This document shows positions 25,141 to 37,029 of a DNA stretch of 64,000 nucleotides, in pieces. Source of the DNA: the human T2T-CHM13v2.0 reference genome, Homo sapiens. The notes below the pieces were generated by a model, which worked only from the letters and a program-made list of their open reading frames with translations, was not told the origin of the DNA and made no database searches. The DNA lies in the NCBI RefSeq assembly GCF_009914755.1, contig NC_060932.1; one strand, given 5' to 3'. Position 1 is the stretch's first letter, and every line of letters starts with the position of its first letter. Both the position numbers and the translations under genes were made by a program.

Positions 25141-27462
25141 CACTCTTTTCCTGTTTTATTTATTTTTTCTTTCTTAGGACTCAATATTTTTTAATTTTCT
25201 ATATATTTTATTAACTTATCTTGTTTATTGTCTATCTATTTCACTTAAATATAAGCTTTATGATGATATACCTTTTGTCTCTTTTGTTCAGTTCAATAAT
25301 CCCAGCACCTAGAATAACACCTGGTTTATATAGGGCCTCAATATATATTTGTTGTAGGATTTCTGTAATTACGAACTTGATTTAACTGATCCTTGTCTTT
25401 TCAGTCCACTGTTCTACAAGTAATAATTGTGAAGTGAGAGAGTGTATAATATTGTACAGTTGAAAATTAAACCCTTATTGTATTACCGGTTTTTAAAATA
25501 TTAAACTATATTAAAGTATATATTGACATGCATTAACATGCTCTCTATTTGAATAGATTTATGGAAGGTTTGAAACTGTCTTATGGAAGACATTGGAATT
25601 GTCTACCTTTGATTTAGTAATTACAATGTTGACTTTGCCACCAGAAATGTTCATATGGTTTTCTCGGTTACAGGAAAAATGGGTGAGTATAGATACCCAA
25701 TTTACACATTCTTCATTTAATCTTCCTCATTATTGAAAATTTACCTTAGTGTAACATTTAACAGAAAATAAAGTAGCTATGAAGCTGTGATTCATAATTC
25801 CTGTAACTGTTTCTAGTGCCAAGCACAGCAATAGATAGAGAACATTGGTGAACAGACCAAGCAAGACATGAAGGCTGCATGGTCTGGCAGGATAGTTGAG
25901 GTAGTAATCAAATAAGCATAGTAATAATTATACAATTACATCTGTAACAAGTTATGTGAAAGAGACACAAATGGTTCATCGAGAGTCCAGAGTGAAAGGA
26001 TTAACTTAGATGAACAGTTAATTGAAGGGTGTGTATGCAAGCATGTACAAATGTGTTTATGTGTGTGCTAATGGTTGTGGAATACCATTCTAACAGAAGA
26101 GAGCAGTATGTGCAAAGGCCTGATTGAAGAGGGCACAGCATGTTTGAGAAACCAAAAGAAGGATCATGGCTAGCATCCAGCCAAGTGCAGTGGAGTAGAG
26201 TGGCGTGAGGGTATGGAGACATGCTGGGCCTTGCTGGGTGTTTATCTCGAGAGTTACCAGAAGCAACTAAAGTGTTTGGCTTGGAGATCAGAGAAATGAT
26301 CACATTTAGATTTTTTTCAACATCATTCCAACTGAAATACAGAAAAGAGTAGATTCAATGAAATGGTTAATATAGAGGGAAGGAAGAATGAAAGGAATTA
26401 AATGGTTAATGTAATCATCCAGGCAGGAGGTGAAGGAAACTTAGACCAAATTCATGGCAGTGGAGATGGAGAAACATGGGCACATGGGAGGGAGACTTGT
26501 AGGAATTGGGACTGTGAAAGAGGGAAAGAGGGGTATCAAGAGGACTCCTGGGTTTCTGGACTTGTAAAGGATGGAACCTTGGATCTACCTGAATAGAATT
26601 CCCATAGGCAGGTATTAATATTTACTCTGGACTGGGAAAGAAAAATGACCCAAGCATGTACTGCTTAACTTTCTTACTTCTGTCCATGTAGACATCATTA
26701 ATTGACTTGAACACTGGCTCTTGCTCAGCCTCCAAAAACAGCACTGGCAGGCATCACTAATTGAATGGAATTAACAAAGGAAATGAAACCTATTTATGAC
26801 TCATCCTTGGGCTATCATTATGAAGCAAATCCAGGTCCTTGCTTGACCTTATGATTTCAGCATGTCTTACTTTAGGTTGCACAGAGCAAGAGGGTTTCTG
26901 CAGCCACCTAGGCACAGGCGAGAATGATACAATCAGAAAAAGAGCCTGGAAATGGTCAGAATGGGAGTGGACGGGACAACTACATTGTCTTGCAATAAAA
27001 ACAGAGCATGGATGGGCTAGTGCCAGAAGATACAGCAACAACACTAAAGTAGATTGAATACAAACAGGGGAAAATTCAAGCAGGGGAAAGGGGAGATTCT
27101 ATCAGTGAACAAATCTGGGATGGGACAATGGCCCAGGAGTAAATGAATGTGAAATGGGAAGACTGTGGTGATCATATATGATCATATGTCCAGTGTCTTC
27201 TTGGAGGATATGAATCTGTATTCTCATAGGCAGGCCAATCCCATAGATTGCCTGACTTAGTTTTGGTTTTAACATACCTCTTAGTCTCTATTATGCCACT
27301 TACCGAATTTAAACCCTGCTGTTCTTAGGAGAAATTCCAAACCCCTTATAATACCTACTGACCACTGTTTGGGATTCCAGTCACTCTTTCCCTTCCCTCT
27401 CATTTTTGGCAAAAAGCACAAAGGAGGCCTTTTACTTCCTTAAAATCTCCAATCACTTTCTT

Positions 27463-27751
27463 TCTTATTTATTTTTTTGAGACGGAGTCTCACTCTGTCA
27501 CCCAGGCTGGAATGCAGTGGCGAGATCTTGGTTCACTGCAACCTCTGCCTCTGGGTTCAAGCAATTCTCCTGCCTCAGCCTTCTGAGTAGCTGGGATTAC
27601 AGGTGCCTGCCACCACTCCTGGCTAATTTTTTGCATTTTTAGTAGAGACGGGGTTTCATCATGCTGGCCAGGCTAGTCTTGAACTCCTGACCTCAAGTGA
27701 TCCACCCACCTCGGTCTCCCAAAGCGCTGGAATTACAGGTGTGAGCTACTG
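27463..27751 (-). mobile_element. Alu, AluS (Sx/Sz-like), slightly 5'-truncated
   Basis: Reverse Alu dimer with perfect 15-bp TSD TCCAATCACTTTCTT at 27448-27462 and 27752-27766. Confidence 0.95.
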
Positions 27752-27762
27752 TCCAATCACTT

Positions 27763-27854
27763 TCTTCATAAATCTTCATAAATCTCTTCATAAATCTCTT
27801 CATAAATCTCTTTATGAAGAGATTTATGAGTCTTTATGAGTCTTCATAAATCTC
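27763..27854. repeat. Mixed direct and inverted repeat of TCTTCATAAA(TC) with 19-bp perfect hairpin
   Basis: Four tandem units, then an inverted copy. Stem 27788-27806 pairs with 27811-27829, loop TCTC. Confidence 0.92.
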
Positions 27855-28247
27855 TCCCCAGTTGTTCACAGCTCCGAATCATACTTCATAGTTCTGCTTT
27901 AAAGTTGCTTAATGTTCTTTCCTTTGAGAGGTCTATGTACTGTTGCCCTGCAACACAGAATCTTTTTATCCTTCCAATTCCCTTCTTGTAATGCTCATCA
28001 CACACGTTTAGTTGTCTGGTTCCCCTAACAAGACTACAGATGCTTTGAAGACAGTGATTCTGTCTTCTTTGTTCACTCAGGATCCTCAGCAACTTCCTCA
28101 GTGCTTGAGAGTAGCAGGTTCTAAGTAAATATTTCTCGAGCAAACTTGTGAACATACAGAAGGCAGGGGCTGTATCCAGCTCATGGATGCATTTTCTGCA
28201 GTGACCAGTAATGTTCCTGGTAGAGAACATTGGGTAAATAGTTTCTA

Positions 28248-28350
28248 GGATCATTTGAGCCCAGGAGTTCAAGGCTGCAGCGAGCTATGATCATGCCACC
28301 GTACTCCAGCCTGGGCAACAGAGTGAGACTCTGTCTCTAAAAAGAAAACA
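28248..28350 (+). mobile_element. Truncated Alu monomer (FLAM or AluJ right arm 3' part)
   Basis: ggatcatttgagcccaggagttcaaggctgcagcgagctatgatcatgccaccgtactccagcctgggcaacagagtgagactctgtctc plus A-rich tail. Confidence 0.88.
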
Positions 28351-30536
28351 ACATTATTAAATAGTCTTTAAGTGCCAACACTCGTTAGATCCTCAAGTCA
28401 TCGATGCTTTCATGGGACACTTTGAAAATAAAATTTTACTGGTAAAATTCTCAAGCACCCAGGCTTGCCAGCCTCCAGCCAGTTGTGCTACTGGCAATCA
28501 TCCCAGCTCCTCCCTTTGTAAAGCATTTTCTGCAAGACATGGGAGTTTGCCTGGAGTCTGCTAATAAAAGCCCATTTTCAACACTTTTGTTTCCCTCACA
28601 TTTGTTCACTGCCTGAGAAACATCATTTAAATTCCCTGAAAACACACTCTGAAATAAAATAGGAAAGTTTGCTCTTTAATACGATTCCCAACTCCTGCTG
28701 GGGCGCAATATATCCTTTTCTGGCTTTGGGGATCAGAAGTACCAGCTTCTCTCCTGGAGCCAGACTGTGGCCCTGGGTGGCCTTTGTGCTCACATTCTGC
28801 ACATCTTTTTCTCCCTGAGTTTTTCCATTTGCATGAAAAGAGACCCTGGATTGATTCAAAGTCCATTAGTGGCTCCTGTCTGGATTCCCCTCTCATCTCA
28901 CATAACATACTCTATTCAAGTCGTCAAAATGGTTTTACAGGCATCAATTGCTACAGTGCACCCTGAGGGGAAGTCAAGGTGAAAACAGTGAGGGATTCAG
29001 GATCTTTATTTTATGCAAATGCTTATAGCAGTGAAGATAAAGGTATCAGGGCAGCCCTGTGAATCAGACAGCACTTTTGGGCTTACACATAGCAGCAGTG
29101 TTTCTGAACAGCTTCAGGAAGAGCTTGCCACTTTCAGGCTCTCACAAATGGAGAGACTTCTTATTAATCTCTTTCTCTCCACTGCAGGCAAAGTGGCATT
29201 AACTGGAGCCAAGTTCCAGGCACTGGGGAGAGACTTGTTCTGGAGTTACAAAAAATATCTTATTGTTGTTGATCACACATTACGTAGCACACCAAGTGCT
29301 TCCTATTTATTGTCTAATTAAAACCTCACATTAATTGTAAGAGGGAATATGATGCTATTTTCATTCCATTATACGTACGAAGATACTGAAAATCAAAGAG
29401 TTTAAGTAAATCAGGCAACTCAGAGTCACGCATTTGGTAAGTGCGTAGTGAAGACCCAAGCCCGTGTTTTTCTTTCTTTTTTTTTTTTTTTTTCTGAAAC
29501 TTGGATCATAGTTCACCCATTTAATCATTTATTTACTAAGTCCAGGAGTAAGTGGCTTAGTGCTTGGCAGGAAGAATCAGCAGAAAAGAAAAACAGACAT
29601 GGTGTTCACTTTTGCAGAACCATTGTTCTAAAAGCAGCAAACAAACCCTGTAGTGAAGTTTAAGGGGAGTTTGTGGCTGCTTTAGCAAAATGGTCAATGA
29701 AGAAATTTTCAAGGGAGTGATGTTTAACTGGTACCTGAAGGACAGAAGGAGCTAGACCTGTGGAGAGCTAGGGAAGGGTGTTTCAGACACAGGGGAACAG
29801 TCAATACTGAGGCTATGGTATGCTGTCTTTTATTAAATTAAATCATTTATGTATTCAACAAATTTTTTATTGAGATCCTACTTAAGACAATGTACTGTAT
29901 TAGACGCTATAAATTTAGAGTTGAACAAGGCAGACATGATCCTCTACTTCATGGGGGGTTTAGTCCCCAAGATGACAGGAGAGGGGGAGAGATGATAGTC
30001 ATGGTATCAGAGAGGTCCAGCAGTAGTTTGATGAATACTACAACAGTAAGTCAGGAGGAGGCCCATGCTAGAGATGTGGGAAGGCAACTCAGTTACTTAG
30101 GATTGATTGGCTGTTCTATCAGCAGCAGGTGAGACCCTGGGAAGGTTTTAGATAGCTGAGAACAGAAAGGAGGAAAAGCTGGGCTTCTGCATGGTTTATC
30201 ATCCACACTCAGAGCAAGACAGAGACCAAGTGTCAGGAAGATTATGGAGACTAAAAACTAGAAATAAGAAATTCTAGAAATAAGAAATAAGACGTGCTTA
30301 TCACTAAAATAAAGGCTTTCCACCCCAATGTTTTAGACTGTGAGGTTACTCAGATGGGTCATACATTCCTTTGATCATGCTAGATCTGTACCTGGGATGC
30401 CTTCTCTAACTGGTCTGCTGAAGTGACACTACCTCCATGAAGTTCCCCCAAGTCCTCGTACATCATGTAGACCTGCATCCTTCTGCCTCACTGAAACCTG
30501 CATCAACCTTTAAATCATCACCTGTACCACCTTAGT

Positions 30537-31095
30537 GTGGTAGACGCTCTCTTGGCTGACATCCATTTAATCAACTCTCTGTCTTAATTGATTTACTGGA
30601 CTAACCCACTCTCTTCAATCACTCTCTTACACATGTCAGTGGATCAGGCCACTGCAGGGTGAAAGGTTCCCAGATGGTAAACAGATTTATAAATACCTAC
30701 AGCTTCTATTCTATCTGTAGCCCCATGCTGAACAGAAATCACTGAGCTTGTCCTCAAACCCAGCTATGTTAGTTTTATCATCTGTTAGTGTATTTATGTG
30801 ATTTAATTAAATATTAAATAAAAGACTAAGTAAATAGGAAAAGAGAGATGCCCTTTGCATGATAATGAAATCAAATACTTTGGGAAGACTTTGTAATGCT
30901 GAGCAGCTAAAACAATGACACTAAATTAGATGTCGGCAAGATAGCTGTAAACATCTGTGAAAAAAGTTATAAAAATCTGGAAGTCACTCTGATAATTTTG
31001 AAAGTACTTTTAAATTCTCAGTACATTTTAAGGAACTAGAAATACTAACTAATGCACTTTGGCTATGGTCTCTGTAAGAAACAATAGATCAACAC
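30537..31095 (+). mobile_element. Possible ancient TcMar-Tigger remnant (may resume ~32090-32260)
   Basis: Terminus-like gtagacgctctcttggctgac...ttaatcaact and decayed CENP-B-like coding (ctagaaatactaactaatgcactttggctatgg). Recognised from memory only. Confidence 0.35.
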
Positions 31096-31100
31096 TAAAA

Positions 31101-31874
31101 AAATGCTTTCCACAGTAGTTGAACTAACTTACATTTCTACCAACAATCTATGACAATATATGAGCATTCCCTTTTCTGCACAGTCTCACCAGCATCTATT
31201 ATGTTTTCACTTTTTAATAATAGCCATTCTTACTCGTGTGAGATAGTGTCTCATTGTGGTTTTGTATTGCATTTCTCTGGTGATTAGTGATGCTGAGCAT
31301 TTTTTCATAGGTTTGTTGGCCTCTCGTATGTCTTCTTTTGAGAGGTGTCTGTTCATGTCCTTTGCCCACTTTTTAAAGGGTTATTTGGTTTATGCTTGTG
31401 GGTTTGTTTACATTCTTATAGATTCTGGATATTAGATCTTTGTCAGATGCATAGTTTGTGAATATTTCATTCTGTAGAAATGGATTTCTTTCATTTTTTA
31501 CTCTGTTGATAGTTTATTTTGCTGTATAGAAGCTCTTTAGTTTAATTAGGTCCCACCTGTCAACTTTTGCTTTTGTTGCAATTGCTTTTGAGCATTCAGT
31601 CATAAGTTCTTGGCCAAGGCTGAAATATAGAATGGTATTAAACATTGAGTGCACATGGGCACAAAGATGGAAATAATAGACACTAGGGACTCCAAAAGGG
31701 AGGATGGAGGGGGAAACGTGTGAAAAACTACCTGTTGGGTACTATGCTCACTGACTGGGTGACAAGATCAGTCATTCCCCAAACCTCAGCATCACATGAT
31801 ATACCAATGCAACAAACCTGTACATGTACCCCTGAATCTAAAATAAAAGTTGAAAATAAAATAAAATAAATAAA
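31101..31874. mobile_element. L1 (old L1PA/L1PB) insertion with 5' inversion: antisense ORF2 piece 31101-31639, sense 3' UTR and A-tail 31640-31874
   Basis: tgctttccacagtagttgaactaacttacatt...gtgtgagatagtgtctcattgtggttttg... (antisense) abuts aaacattgagtgcacatgggcacaaagatgg...caaacctgtacatgtacccctgaatctaaaataaaagttgaaaataaa (sense). Confidence 0.85.
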
Positions 31875-32994
31875 CCTGTGGTATGTGCCTACATCATCAG
31901 GCTACATCATGAGAGTCACACATTCAACCTCATTAAGTAATGTTATGTTCTTACAACATACTAATAGCTGCTCTACTTACTAGCAATGTGTATGCCCATG
32001 AACCCACATTCAAACTTGATATTATCAGAATATTTGATTTCTGATAATCATTTGAATGTAAAATGGAAATTTACAGAAGTTTTTTTAAAAATGGCTCAGC
32101 ATTATTTCAAAAGAATAGATAATAAATTTATCATTTTATGTTTAAGTTACAAATAAAAGGTTTATGTATAATTTTTCATAATTCTTCATTTTAGTTTGCT
32201 TTTTCAATTAACCAAGCAACAGCCCATACAGACTATTTCAGCTAAAAGGAAATTTGCAATTTCTGTTTGAATGTCTGTCATCCTCCCTAGAATGTGAAAT
32301 ATTTGAGACCAAGATGTTTTCTCTACCTCCAGAACCCAACACAAGCTTAGTAAAAAAGAAGTGGCTGTATTTGTCTGGACTCCTTTGGTCATCAAGATAC
32401 TCATATTTTCCTCAGTATTCACCTGAAGCAAAATCATGCTTGATCATTAGTAAACTGGGATGACTTATGGAATCTAAGGGTGAAACTGAGGCTGGACTTT
32501 GGGAACAAAAGAGTCTGCATGACTCATCATGACACCCTTAAACTTGGATCTCTGCTTCTCCTGAAGGCTAGCTTCCTCATCCCCTCTCACTTCTCAGCCA
32601 CTAAGACCTCTGGATCCTTGCACCTTATGTCTATGCATTTGGAGGAAACTTGTTCAGTTTCAGTCTTAACATGTCTGAATAAGAACTCTGCATGGGTCAA
32701 ACAATGACTCCTGCCTAACGTACATGATTGAGGTGCAGGGCCATGAGAATAAGCATATTTATTATGGGGGTCACTGTTAAGAGTGGGGTGGGTTAGGTGC
32801 AGAGGGAAGAAGGGAAGTCCCAGAAAAATGAAGGGCAGGGCAGGAAATAAATTGGTACAATAAGGCTGCCAATGCATGTTTGTAGAAGGAACAGATGAAT
32901 CAAAGGCAAATACCTAACCCAGACCAGCATCAAGTATCTAACCCTAAAAGGGGGGAAGCAAAGCAAGGAACCTGAAGTGATGGTAAGTGACAGC

Positions 32995-33250
32995 AAGCGG
33001 CAGCATAGTAGAGGAATAATGCACATGATCCTGAAGCTAGGCTCTGGGTTTGAACCCTACCTCTGCCCCTCTCCAGCTCTGACTTGGGACAACCTGCTGA
33101 ACCCCTCTGTACCAGTTGCGTCCTGTGTGAATTGCAGATGATAATAATAACATCTATTTTATAGGGTTGGTGTGGGATTAAATCAGTTAATATTTATAAA
33201 AGAATTAGATAGCATCTAGCACATTGTAACCACAACCCAAATGTTTGTTA
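32995..33250 (+). mobile_element. MIR SINE
   Basis: ctgggtttgaaccctacctctgcc...gacttgggacaacctgctgaacccctctgtacc...gataataataacatct...tagggttggtgtgggattaaatcagttaat. Confidence 0.8.
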
Positions 33251-34537
33251 AATTTACTGGCAAGCCTGCTCTATTTTAATCATTGTTTTTGAACTTTAAT
33301 TGTATATTGGTGCTAAAGCTTTCACTCTTAGAAAAAAGGAATTACCCAGAAAATATAGGGGAAATGAATAGACCTCATATGTGAAAAGACAATTGTGCTA
33401 CACAGTGAAAACTGTTAATAATTTGAAAAAAAATTAAAAATTTTTGTTGCCAAAATCTTGACTCTGGCATTTGGGTTTATATATTAAAGGGTTTTTTATG
33501 GAATTTTCACCCATAAATGTTTCTAAAAGCCAATTGTGAGCATAGCATTGCAGAAGCTGTTGCTTAATTGGCTCCTGAAGGCATATTCTGTAGGTTCACT
33601 TCAGACTGATTCAGCAAGGAGGGTGGAAGTCTGGATAACATTCATGTCTATTTGTTAGTGGTCTAAGACCCTAGGAATTTTGGTTCTGCTCAGAAATATT
33701 AAGACTGCAGTGTTCTCGTGTCAAGCAAGCTTGAGCTGAATCCCAGCTAAGCTCAGCAACTCGCTTGCTCTGTAACTGTGATAACTTATATTGTTCCTTT
33801 GAGCTTTGGTTTCTTCATCTACAGAGTGAGAACAATACCTGTCTCCCAGGATTGTTTAGACTAAATGACAAAGCTCCTTATGAAAATGCTCCTTATAAAG
33901 GTGATTAGAAAATAGCAGTGGCCATCAGATATGTTTTAATTCTTCCCAGTGCTCAACTCACAGGCCATGGTCTGCATTACTCTATAGTCTATATTCCATG
34001 GATATGGTATGTGATTTAAAGAATGAGTCACAAAATTCAGGTATTCAGGTTTCATATTTTGTTGTTTTTTTTTCTTTTTATGTTTTTAAGGAGTGAAGAT
34101 TTTCTCAGATGCCTTTATTAGCAGTTCTAAAATACATCAAACTGGGAACTTTGGGACAAAGCTCTTTCCTGATTTGTTCAATCATTGCTAGATGCTCACT
34201 CTGTGCCAGGAGACCCCAATGCATAAGGCAGGCCAAGGCCACACTTCACAGACAGAAGCTCAGGTTCTGTAAGTTAGTTGTGGGAACTCAGGCAAGTTAC
34301 TTAACCTCTCCAAACCTCATTGTCCTCATCTGTAAAATAATAATAGCTCCCTTGTGAGATTATTGAACACAGTGTGATATGTTCTTGTAACATGCTTAGT
34401 GGCAGTGACATGCCATGGGCATGGGCAGGTGGGGGAGAGAGAATGAAGAGTGGTCTGTACTAGATGCAGGCAATAAGAGGGACCGTGGTCTGTAGAGAAT
34501 TTAAAATCATAAAAAAAATGACTAAAAGTTATTCTGC

Positions 34538-34833
34538 TTTTTTTTTTTTTTGAGACAGGGTCTCGCTCTGTCACCCAGGCTGGAGTGCAGTGGCGCATCT
34601 CCGCTCACTGCAAGCTCTGCCTTCTGGGTTCACGCCATTCTCCTGACTCAGCCTCCTGAGTAGCTGGGACTACAGGCGCCCACCACCATGCCTGGCTAAC
34701 TTTTGGTATTTTTTTAGTAGAGACGGGGTTCCACCGTGTTAGCCAGAAGGGTCGCGATCTCCTGACCTCGTGATCTGCCTGCCTCGGCCTCCCAAAGTGC
34801 TGGGATTACAGGCGTGAGCCACCGCACCCGGCC
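34538..34833 (-). mobile_element. Alu, AluY-like
   Basis: Diagnostics ctgcaagctc...gggttcacgccattctcc and caccgtgttagccag. TSD AGTTATTCTGCTTTTT at 34527-34542 and 34834-34849. Confidence 0.95.
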
Positions 34834-35402
34834 AGTTATTCTGCTTTTTATCATCACTATTCCTTGGCAGTTTTAAACAATGGCAGTGAAAAAAACAGTC
34901 TTTGCTCCCAGGTGACTGCTTGATAGATGGTGTGGCATCATGCACATCCTCTGTGGCTCTCCACCCTACTCCAGTGATTAGCTCTTCTCATGTAGAATAA
35001 CCCACGATCAGTTTAACCTTAAGTAATGCTTAGGACATCAGCGGTATTCTTTAGCTGAGGTCTTAGTCTGATATAGCAACAATTCTAACATTATGAAATA
35101 AAGAGGAAGGCACTTTTTTCTTTGATAATAAAATGATAAACACTTGGGGAAAATGCTGAGGTCTCCTGAAAGGTATTTAGTCAAATGTGAGGAATAAAGA
35201 ACACATTTGCAAGCCCAGAAGACATTAGACACTGAATCTACTGCTAAGTAGCCCCCTTTGGAAAAAATCTTTCTCTTAACCACATCTTAGGGCTTAAAGA
35301 CTTCAAAGTCTTTTTAGAGAGTGCCAAAACATCTTTTTACAGGAGTTTCGCTACTTCTATCAAGACGCAGAAAACACTGCTAAGCATTGTGTCATTAAGG
35401 AC

Positions 35403-35836
35403 TGTGTGAAGGTTAACTTTATGTGTCAACCCTCTGGGCCATGGTGCACAGATATTAGATTATATGTTATTCTGGATGTTTCTGTGAAGGTGATTTTGGA
35501 CAAGATTAACATTTAAATTGATGGACTTTGAGGAAAGCAGATTGTCCTTCATAATATGGGTGGTCCAATCAGTTTTAGGCCTAAATAGAGAAAAAAAAGC
35601 TGACCTCTCCCAAGCAGAAAGGAATTCTGCAGCAGATGGCATTTTGATTTGAACTGCAACATTGGCTCTTTCCTCAGTTTCCAGTCTGATGGCTGTAGAA
35701 TTTGAATTGCAGATTCTGGACATGCTAGCCTCCATAACTGAATGCACCAATTCCTTAAAATAAAGCTCTCTTTCTTTTTCTCTCTATCTACACATTCTCT
35801 TGGCTCTGTTTCTCTGTGGAACCCTGACTAATATAC
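35403..35836 (+). mobile_element. MLT2-family (ERVL) solo LTR
   Basis: tgtgaaggttaactttatgtgtcaac...gattaacatttaaatt...aaagcagattgtccttcataatatgggtgg...ccaattccttaaaataaa...gtttctctgtggaaccctgactaata. Confidence 0.85.
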
Positions 35837-36503
35837 ATAGTATAGTTATTATCATTGCTGTTGTTACTGTAGCTATTGTTATTATTAACTACACTTGTAG
35901 CTCCCATCATTTTGTCATGTGAAGACCCTGTATTGAGTTTCTCAGAACTTCCCAAATGTGTTCCTGGCCACAATGATTTGCCAAAAATAGATTGTAACCT
36001 GGGTGTGCAGCTCTTGGGGCTGCCAGAGTCTTCAGGTCAGTCACCTCTAACCATGAGCAGCATCTTTATTTAGCCCTAGAGCAAATCTTAACCCTTCTTA
36101 TGTATGTAATGATGTGGACAAAGGTGGAAGAGACTGCTTCTTATGCATCATCTCCGCCCCTGCCAACAGGGAACAGATAAGGAAACTGAGGCTCAGAGAA
36201 GATTAGGGACTTGCCTAAGATCACACAACAAGTGAGTAGTGGGACCAGGATTTTATTAGGGTCATTATCTCTGAGCTTTATTGATGCAGTGTCTTTTCCT
36301 CTTAATTTTTGTATCTTAATATATTTTGTTCATTTATCTTATGTTCTGCATTAAATTATAACTATAGGGTCCTTTCTGCAGGGACAATGACACCTTTGTG
36401 AGTTTCTGAATAGTCCCTGGCTCAGCTATGCATGTGCTTTCAACCTAATCTGTCTACATCCATGCAGCTTTGCAGGATTAACTCAGTTGCCTGCTCCCTA
36501 GAT

Positions 36504-37029
36504 CAGCAGTCCCCAGTTCCTGGGCCATGGACTGGTACTGGTCCACGGCCTGTTAGGAACTGGGCTGCACAGCAGGAGGTAAGCAGTGGGCAAGCCGACA
36601 AGGCTTCATCTGTATTTACAGCCACTCCCCATTGCTCACATTACCACCTGAGCTCTGCCTCCTGTCAGATCGGTGGCAGCATTAGATTCTCATAGGAGCG
36701 CAAACCCTATGGTGAACTGTGCATGTGAGGGTGTAGGTTGCGTGCTTCTTATGGGAATGTAATGCCTGATGATTTATCACTGTCTCTCATCACCCCCAAG
36801 ATGGGACTGTCTAGTTGCAGGGAAACAAGCCCAGGGCTCCCACTGATTCTACATTATGGTGACTCATATAATTATTTCATTACATATTACAATGTAATAA
36901 TAGAAATAAAGCGCATAATAAATGTAATGCACTGGAATCATTCCCAAACCATCCCCCTCCACCCTGGTGTGTGGAAAAATTGTCTTTAGAGAAACTGGTC
37001 CCTGGTGCCAAAAAGGTTGGGAACTGCTG
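36504..37029 (+). mobile_element. MER1A hAT-Charlie DNA transposon, full length (526 bp)
   Basis: TIRs CAGCAGTCCCCA / TGGGAACTGCTG and perfect 8-bp TSD CCCTAGAT at 36496-36503 and 37030-37037. Internal sequence matches MER1. Confidence 0.93.

Noticed and set aside
27169-27184. 16-bp palindrome TGATCATATATGATCA
   Set aside because: Short, AT-rich and isolated. Explained by local slippage, with no supporting context.
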